Position numbers and translations under genes: made by a program
Notes under the pieces: model-generated
Told to the model about the DNA's origin: nothing
The model's database searches: none
Seen by the model: the letters and a program-made list of their open reading frames with translations, nothing else
Assembly: GCA_963754655.1 (NCBI GenBank)
Contig: CAVWGN010000001.1
Coordinates: forward strand, 512,001-576,000
DNA: 64,000 nt
Reading direction: 5' to 3'
Source: an uncultured Chlamydiae bacterium
GTDB lineage: Bacteria > Chlamydiota > Chlamydiia > Chlamydiales > Parachlamydiaceae
Shown here: piece by piece, positions 58,007 through 64,000 of the stretch
Layout of the letters: each line of letters opens with the position of its first letter
Numbering within the stretch: the first letter of the stretch is position 1

Positions 58007-58109
58007 TTCCTCTGACTCTTTGAATTTCTCCTTTGCTTATTTCGAAAATCTAAAGCAAAAAAGATTAAAAAATTAATTACAGGTTATGACTTATTAAGGA
58101 CCAAAAGAT

Positions 58110-59477
58110 ATGAATACAACTGTTTTCGTAGGAATATTAGCCCTACTTCAATTGATTTGCCTTTGGACAGGCAAAAGAGCCTCCAAAAACTTGCAAAATC
58201 AACAAGACTACTTTCTTGCAGGTAAAGACATTCGTTTTTTTCCGCTATTAATGACTTTTGTTGCCACGCAAATTGGAGGAGGATTAGTGCTGGGAGCAGC
58301 AGAAGAAGCCTACCTATTTGGATGGTCTGTCTTGCTTTATCCCTTTGGCGCCTGTTTAGGATTTGTTGTCTTGGCTTTGGGCATAGGCAAAAAATTGGCT
58401 CGCTTTCAAGTGTCCACTGTTGCCGAATTATTGGAGGTGGTTTACCAAACGCGTTTGCTTAAAAGCATGGCTTCTTTGCTTTCGATTGTTTCTCTGTTTA
58501 TGATTTTAATGGCGCAAGTCATTGCTTCACGTAAATTCATGGTCAGCCTAGGTTTAGATCACTCCATCCTTTTCTTAACTTTTTGGGGAATTGTCATCAT
58601 TTATACTGTGATGGGGGGCCTCAAGGCTGTTGTCTCCATTGATATCATTCAAGCACTTTTTTTTATTATCGTCTTTGCTTCAGGGCTGGGATATATTCTT
58701 TATACGGGTTCGTTCTCTTTAGCTAGCGTTGTAGAAGCAGGATGGAAAAGCGAAGTTTTTGATTTCAATGTAGCAAAATTGAGCGGATGGCTTTTAATGC
58801 CCTTGCTTTTTATGGTTATTGAACAAGACATGGCGCAAAGATGTTTTGCAGCGCACTCACCACGTGTGGTCACACGTGCTGCAGCTTATGCTGCTTTATG
58901 TACGCTTCTTGTTTGCTTCATTCCTGTATTTCTAGGAATTTTGGGCAAGCAAATGGGGGTTATAGTGCCAGCTGGATCTAGTGTCTTTATGGATGTCGTG
59001 CAAGCGCTTACCAATCCTTATTTGTCAGCTTTTATTGGATGCGCTGTCTTAATGGCTGTTTTATCTACGGCTATTTCATTGCTTAATGCTGTCAGTTCTA
59101 ATCTCAGCCAAGATTTTGACTTAATAAAGGGGTCTCAAAGTCTCCAATTGTCTCGCCGAATGACAGCAGGAATTGGACTTGCCGCAGTAGGCGGTTCATT
59201 TTATGCAGGAGAGATTGTGGATCTTTTAATTCAAAGTTATGAACTCTCCGTTTATTGTCTTTTTATTCCTGTATGTGCAGCTCTCTTTAAGTCTCGAGGT
59301 AATTCTCTTTCCGCTTGGATGGCTTTTATCTTAGGTGGAATGGGTTTTTGTTTAACGCGCTTTGTCTCTTTTGATATTCCAAAAGAAGTCTTTAGCCTCC
59401 TTCTCTCCGGGACAGGTTATGGTATTGGAGAGGGCTGGATGCGATGGCGAGCACGGTCTTTAGTTAAGACTCATTGA
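58110..59477 (+). CDS. Sodium:solute symporter family protein
   Basis: Motifs DYFLAG, ATQIGGG, YTVMGGLKAV..D, QDMAQRCFAA and many TM helices. Confidence 0.92.
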   Translation: MNTTVFVGILALLQLICLWTGKRASKNLQNQQDYFLAGKDIRFFPLLMTFVATQIGGGLVLGAAEEAYLFGWSVLLYPFGACLGFVVLALGIGKKLARFQVSTVAELLEVVYQTRLLKSMASLLSIVSLFMILMAQVIASRKFMVSLGLDHSILFLTFWGIVIIYTVMGGLKAVVSIDIIQALFFIIVFASGLGYILYTGSFSLASVVEAGWKSEVFDFNVAKLSGWLLMPLLFMVIEQDMAQRCFAAHSPRVVTRAAAYAALCTLLVCFIPVFLGILGKQMGVIVPAGSSVFMDVVQALTNPYLSAFIGCAVLMAVLSTAISLLNAVSSNLSQDFDLIKGSQSLQLSRRMTAGIGLAAVGGSFYAGEIVDLLIQSYELSVYCLFIPVCAALFKSRGNSLSAWMAFILGGMGFCLTRFVSFDIPKEVFSLLLSGTGYGIGEGWMRWRARSLVKTH

Positions 59478-59521
59478 TAATGGCTAAAGTCACGCATTCA
59501 GTATCTTCTTAGCTTTGATAT

Positions 59522-59604
59522 CCAGGATGTTTTTACTAAAAAAATCTGACAATTGCAGCCTTTCAGGCTGCAATTGTCAAATTTTTTTAGTAAAAACATC
59601 CTGG
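59522..59604. repeat. Palindromic element family F, minimal 83-bp copy; may act as a terminator
   Basis: CCAGGATGTTTTTACTAAAAAAATCTGACAATTGCAGCCT-TTC-AGGCTGCAATTGTCAAATTTTTTTAGTAAAAACATCCTGG. Confidence 0.9.
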
Positions 59605-59621
59605 CTTGATACCTGATCTAT

Positions 59622-59674
59622 CTATACGGCTCAATCATCTGCCTATACGGCTCAATCATCTGCTCAATCATCTG
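59622..59674. repeat. Short tandem repeat upstream of cyoA
   Basis: CTATACGGCTCAATCATCTGC x2 plus partial TCAATCATCTG. Confidence 0.8.
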
Positions 59675-59726
59675 TTGGTTTATTTTAATATTGACTTAAA
59701 TACCCCTCATATTTTTTGATCAAAAT

Positions 59727-60596
59727 ATGAAAAGAAATTTTTTAATAGGTTTGCTTGCCATCATACTCGCGTTGATTGGCATCGTGATTGTGTTGGCTAG
59801 TGAAAATACTTTAGTGTTTCATCCCAAAGGAATTGTTGCCCAGAATGAATTGGAACTGATTATTACAAACATCATTCTCATGATGATCATTATCGTTCCA
59901 ACTTATCTCCTTTTATTTGCGGTTGTATGGAAATATTGCATTAAGAATAAAAATGCAAAATATGATCCCAATCACAAATACGGGCCTATGGGTGAATTAA
60001 TGATGTGGGGACTTCCTTCTATCATCGTTACGGTGATGGCTATTGTGACATGGAATGCTACGCACAAATTGAACCCCTATAAACCTCTTGAAAGTAACGT
60101 CAAGCCACTCATTGTACAAATAGTTGCTTTGGATTGGAAATGGTTATTTATTTATCCAGAGCAAGGAATTGCCACATTGAATGAGTTCTATATTCCGGAA
60201 CAGACTCCAATTCATTTACAGTTAACGGCGGACAGCGCGCCGATGAATTCGTTTTGGATTCCACAATTGAGTGGGCAAATTTATGCAATGGCGGGGATGA
60301 CCACCCAACTTTACCTCATGGCCGACGGTCCAGGGGAGTATAGGGGCCGGGCTGTGGAGATCAATGGGGAAGGATATGCAGATATGACGTTTCAAGCAAA
60401 ATCGACTTCTCAAAAGGACTTTGAAAAATGGTTGGTAGGGGTTAAACAATCTTCTCTTCATTTAACTGAAGCTGCTTATGATGAACTTGTCGAGCATTAT
60501 GTGGATAAATCCGTTATCCTCTTTTCGGAAGTAGAAAAAGATCTCTATCATAAAATTGTTTATAAATACATGTATCCAACCACACCGGTATTATGA
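59727..60596 (+). CDS. cyoA: Cytochrome bo3 ubiquinol oxidase subunit II
   Basis: Motifs LDWKWLFIYP and MNSFWIPQLSGQIYAMAGM; no CuA Cys residues. Confidence 0.95.
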   Translation: MKRNFLIGLLAIILALIGIVIVLASENTLVFHPKGIVAQNELELIITNIILMMIIIVPTYLLLFAVVWKYCIKNKNAKYDPNHKYGPMGELMMWGLPSIIVTVMAIVTWNATHKLNPYKPLESNVKPLIVQIVALDWKWLFIYPEQGIATLNEFYIPEQTPIHLQLTADSAPMNSFWIPQLSGQIYAMAGMTTQLYLMADGPGEYRGRAVEINGEGYADMTFQAKSTSQKDFEKWLVGVKQSSLHLTEAAYDELVEHYVDKSVILFSEVEKDLYHKIVYKYMYPTTPVL

Positions 60597-62563
60597 GAGA
60601 ATTTTTCTTAGGAAAATTGACTACAGATGCCATTCCTCACCATTGGTATACGATAGGAGGGACTGCTTTTATTATCTTGATGAGCATTGCGATCGCAGTG
60701 TATCTCACTAAAACCAAGCGCTGGGATTGGCTTTGGCATGATTGGCTTACCACTACCGATCCAAAAAAGATCGGAACCATGTACATGATTTTGGCATCTG
60801 TGATGTTTTTTCGCGGCATGATAGATGCGGGAATGGTATGGCTGCAGCAGTCAATTGCAGCAGATTCACAAGGATATCTTACCGCAGATCATTTTCAACA
60901 GGTGTTTACCTCACATGGCGATATCATGGTTTTTTTTGTGACAATGAGCTTTTTCTTTGGACTCATGAACTGGATTGTGCCGCTTCAGATTGGGGCTCGT
61001 GATTTGGCTTTTCCCTTTGTCAATTCATTAGGGTTATGGCTCACTGTTGCAGGGGCGATACTGATTAATCTCTTTTTTGTCATTGGGGGAGATTTTGCTA
61101 ATACCGGCTGGCTTGCCATTGCTTCCTTCTCAGAGCTTGAATTTAATCCAGGTGTAGGCGTGGATTATTTGATTTGGAGTTTACAGCTCTCGGGCCTTGG
61201 TAGCCTCCTTGCCGGAATTAATTTTCTTGTCACGATCATCAAGAAACGGGCACCAGGAATGAATTTGATGAAAATGCCTCTATTTACCTGGAATTCTTTA
61301 TTGGCAATGGTTCTCATTATTTCGGCATTTCCTGTGCTCACCGCAACGACATTGCTTCTTTGGCTTGATCGCGCTTTAGGGATGCATTTCTTTACGATAG
61401 GGTATGCTGGAAATCAAATGATGTACTGGAATCTTATCTGGATGTGGGGTCATCCGGAGGTTTATATTTTGGTCATCCCTGCCTTTGGCATGTTCTCTGA
61501 AATTGTCTCCACGTTTTCGCAAAAGGCCATTTCAGGATATGTTTCCATGGTATGGGCCGCAATTACAATTACTGCACTCTCCTATTTGGTCTGGCTTCAT
61601 CACTTTTTTGTCATGGGGGCTGGTCCGGATGTTAACTCTTTTTTTGGGATTATGACCATGCTGATTGCGATACCTGCGGGTGTTCAAGTGTTTAATTGGA
61701 TTCTTACAATGTATAAGGGAAAGATAAACCTTGCTTCCCCCATGTATTGGTTTATCGGATTTTTAATCATATTTATGGTAGGAGGAATGGCTGGAATATT
61801 TATGGCCTCTCCCCCCGCCGATTTTCAGGTGCATAATAGCTTATTTTTGGTTGCCCATTTCCATACAATGATCGTTGGGGTTGCTCTTTTTGGAATTTTT
61901 GCCGGCATCACCTTTTGGTTTCCTAAAATCTTTGGATTTAAGCTCAATGAGCGATTGGATAAACGGGCATTTTGGTTTTGGTTTGTTGGATTTTTCGTTG
62001 CTTTTATCCCTCTCTATATATTGGGATTCATGGGGGCGCCGCGGCGTATTGATCACTATGATTCCTCAACTGGCTGGCAGCCCTTATATTTCACTTCTCT
62101 AATTGGATATCTCTTCATTTCATGCGGAATTGCCACTCAAGTTTATCTACTCATTGAAAGCATTAAGCAAAGAAAAAAAAATTTAGACATCACTGGAGAT
62201 CCTTGGAATGGCAGAACGCTTGAATGGGCTACTCATTCTCCTCCTCCCTTCTATAATTTTGCTGTGGTTCCTCCCATTACGAGTTATCAGGTTTTTTGGG
62301 ACATGAAAAAACAAGGCTGGCAGCCGGAAACGAAATATGAAGATATCGAATGTTTTAAAAATACAGGCATGGGACTCTATATAGCCGGTTTTGCCTTCTT
62401 AGCGGGGTTTGCAATTGTTTGGCAAATCATTTGGCTCATCATTGTTGGCCTTGTGGGAGCGATCTGGTGCTTAATTGTTCTTTCTTTTGATGATGAGATG
62501 GAGTATGTGTTGCCTGCTGAAGAGGTTGCCAAAATTGAGAAATCTTATGTTCGAGGTAAATGA
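60593..62563 (+). CDS. cyoB: Cytochrome bo3 ubiquinol oxidase subunit I
   Basis: Motifs WGHPEVY, WLHHF, VAHFH, DPWNGRTLEW. Confidence 0.97.
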   Translation: MREFFLGKLTTDAIPHHWYTIGGTAFIILMSIAIAVYLTKTKRWDWLWHDWLTTTDPKKIGTMYMILASVMFFRGMIDAGMVWLQQSIAADSQGYLTADHFQQVFTSHGDIMVFFVTMSFFFGLMNWIVPLQIGARDLAFPFVNSLGLWLTVAGAILINLFFVIGGDFANTGWLAIASFSELEFNPGVGVDYLIWSLQLSGLGSLLAGINFLVTIIKKRAPGMNLMKMPLFTWNSLLAMVLIISAFPVLTATTLLLWLDRALGMHFFTIGYAGNQMMYWNLIWMWGHPEVYILVIPAFGMFSEIVSTFSQKAISGYVSMVWAAITITALSYLVWLHHFFVMGAGPDVNSFFGIMTMLIAIPAGVQVFNWILTMYKGKINLASPMYWFIGFLIIFMVGGMAGIFMASPPADFQVHNSLFLVAHFHTMIVGVALFGIFAGITFWFPKIFGFKLNERLDKRAFWFWFVGFFVAFIPLYILGFMGAPRRIDHYDSSTGWQPLYFTSLIGYLFISCGIATQVYLLIESIKQRKKNLDITGDPWNGRTLEWATHSPPPFYNFAVVPPITSYQVFWDMKKQGWQPETKYEDIECFKNTGMGLYIAGFAFLAGFAIVWQIIWLIIVGLVGAIWCLIVLSFDDEMEYVLPAEEVAKIEKSYVRGK

Positions 62564-62565
62564 TA

Positions 62566-63129
62566 ATGGAAGTTAGTGATACAAAAGTTTTTGGATTCTG
62601 GATCTATTTAATGACTGACCTTATCATTTTTGCTGTGCTCTTTGCCTGCTTTCTTGTTTTGCACGATAACACTTTCGCTGGACCCTCCGCTAAAGATCTT
62701 TTTCATTTACCCTCTGTGCTTGCTGAAACTCTTATCTTACTGACTAGCAGCTTTACCTGTTCCCTTGGGATGATGGCGATTCATCGGCAGTCAAAAAAAT
62801 GGGCGATTGGTTGGTTCGTCCTGACATTTTTTTTGGGAGTCGCCTTCCTCTTCCTTGAAGTTACAGAGTTTTCTGATTTTGTCGATAAAGGAGCGAGTTG
62901 GCGGCGTAGTGCCTTTCTTTCCTCGTTTTTCACCTTGGTGGGAACACATGGATTGCATATTACAATAGGGCTATTGTGGATGGTCGTTATGATATTTCGC
63001 ATCGCTCTACGCCCCTTAGTAGAACACAGTATTTCAAGGATTTTTCGTATGGCTCTTTTTTGGCACTTCCTTGACTTTGTTTGGATCTTTATTTTTACTG
63101 TTGTCTACGGCATAGGATATTTAATCTAA
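62566..63129 (+). CDS. cyoC: Cytochrome bo3 ubiquinol oxidase subunit III
   Basis: Motifs FGFWIYLMTD, FFTLVGTHGLH, FWHFLD. Confidence 0.95.
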   Translation: MEVSDTKVFGFWIYLMTDLIIFAVLFACFLVLHDNTFAGPSAKDLFHLPSVLAETLILLTSSFTCSLGMMAIHRQSKKWAIGWFVLTFFLGVAFLFLEVTEFSDFVDKGASWRRSAFLSSFFTLVGTHGLHITIGLLWMVVMIFRIALRPLVEHSISRIFRMALFWHFLDFVWIFIFTVVYGIGYLI

Positions 63130-63143
63130 AAGATAGGAGGAGG

Positions 63144-63449
63144 ATGATGCATCATACACTTTCATTACGTATTACAGGCTTTATCGCCTCACTGATCTTA
63201 ACCTTCGCAGCCTACTTCATTATTCTCTATCCACAATTTTTTAGCTTTGATATTAAGACGGCCACCATCGTCATTTTTGTTCTTGCTCTCCTTCAGTCTC
63301 TTATTCAGCTCATCTTTTTCATCAATGTTTGGAAAGAAAAGGGAGAATTTTGGAATTTAGGTATTTTTATTTCTACCGTTTCTATTATCTTCATCATTGT
63401 TTACTTTTCTATTTGGATTATCAACCATCTAAATTACCATATGCGTTGA
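63144..63449 (+). CDS. cyoD: Cytochrome bo3 ubiquinol oxidase subunit IV
   Basis: GFIASLILT, Q...QL.FF, SIWI..HLN. AGGAGG RBS. Follows cyoC. Confidence 0.9.
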   Translation: MMHHTLSLRITGFIASLILTFAAYFIILYPQFFSFDIKTATIVIFVLALLQSLIQLIFFINVWKEKGEFWNLGIFISTVSIIFIIVYFSIWIINHLNYHMR

Positions 63450-63552
63450 TTTAGAACATCTCCTACAATCGTTATAGAAGGAGATCTTCCAAAAATGTCC
63501 AATGTTCAGAGGGGGACAGATGTCCCCCTTACCTCGAGGAGCCAATAGAGAA

Positions 63553-63999
63553 TTAACCTCTGGTACGAGGATTGCCGCCAGCCCGGGCGCCTTGAGAACC
63601 CTCACGGCGTATAGCTCCAGTAGATTGCCTATCTTGGCCTCTACCACTCCGGTCGCCACGCCAGTCTTCTCCTCGATTATGCCATCCTTCATGGCCCCAG
63701 CTGCCACGTCTCTCTTCGCGGCCCTCGCCTCTATTACCCCAGCCTTGACCTTTATTATGCCAACCCTCATGTCCCCAGCCACCACCATTCCAGCCATCAT
63801 GACGATGGTCATTCCAATAATGATGCCAGTGGTCTCTCCATTGAGGATCAGAGATGTAAACACGACTTTGGCCATTCCAATAATAACCTTCTTGGTCTAC
63901 CCAAAAACCATTATACCATAAATAGCCCAATCCTAAAGTTGGGATATAAATGCTGGCTCCAGGTCCAGCCCAACGTGTATCGATATTTACTCCTCCAAT
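63553..63999 (-). CDS. Partial Gly/Trp/His-rich low-complexity protein; 5' end outside the window
   Basis: Frame open to the window edge (IGGVNIDTRWAGPG...). WGHEGWHN occurs twice. Confidence 0.65.
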   Translation of the reverse strand: MGGVNIDTRWAGPGASIYIPTLGLGYLWYNGFWVDQEGYYWNGQSRVYISDPQWRDHWHHYWNDHRHDGWNGGGWGHEGWHNKGQGWGNRGEGREERRGSWGHEGWHNRGEDWRGDRSGRGQDRQSTGAIRREGSQGARAGGNPRTRG

Positions 64000-64000
64000 A

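Noticed and set aside
63429..63921. Overlapping ORFs 63429-63875 (-) and 63502-63921 (+)
   Set aside because: Alternative frames of the GC-rich low-complexity gene. The 63553 frame is open to the window edge and more protein-like.

Overview
Chromosomal window from an environmental chlamydia (Parachlamydiaceae/Protochlamydia-like). This is inferred from the chlamydial gene order LysM-pal-tolB-tolA-tolR-tolQ / dsbD-tatD-sdhCAB and from a eukaryote-like F-box-LRR gene. Core genes are murI, the Tol-Pal system, dsbD, tatD, sdhCAB, mnmG-lplA, nagZ and cyoABCD. Accessory genes include glycosyl- and methyltransferases, NHEJ genes (ku, split ligD) with a histone-H1-like protein, a type III PKS three-gene cluster and a PTP-like phytase. 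Four IS elements are present: IS607 with TnpB, two IS5-like elements and a Mutator-like element with an A9G frameshift and an 11-bp TSD. Most striking observations: (1) several families of long non-coding palindromes (REPIN/MITE-like) inserted inside each other up to four levels deep, with copy-specific substitutions mirrored in both arms; (2) two divergent, paralogous uncharacterised modules, each a small Cys-rich protein plus a large exported partner (one fused to an FKBP/Mip domain); (3) an unannotated His-rich leader peptide upstream of a sodium:solute symporter; (4) a TnpB whose predicted guide is now MITE terminal sequence; (5) a candidate pseudoknotted ncRNA. No tRNA, rRNA or CRISPR array was seen. 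All calls are by eye from motifs; no database searches were run.
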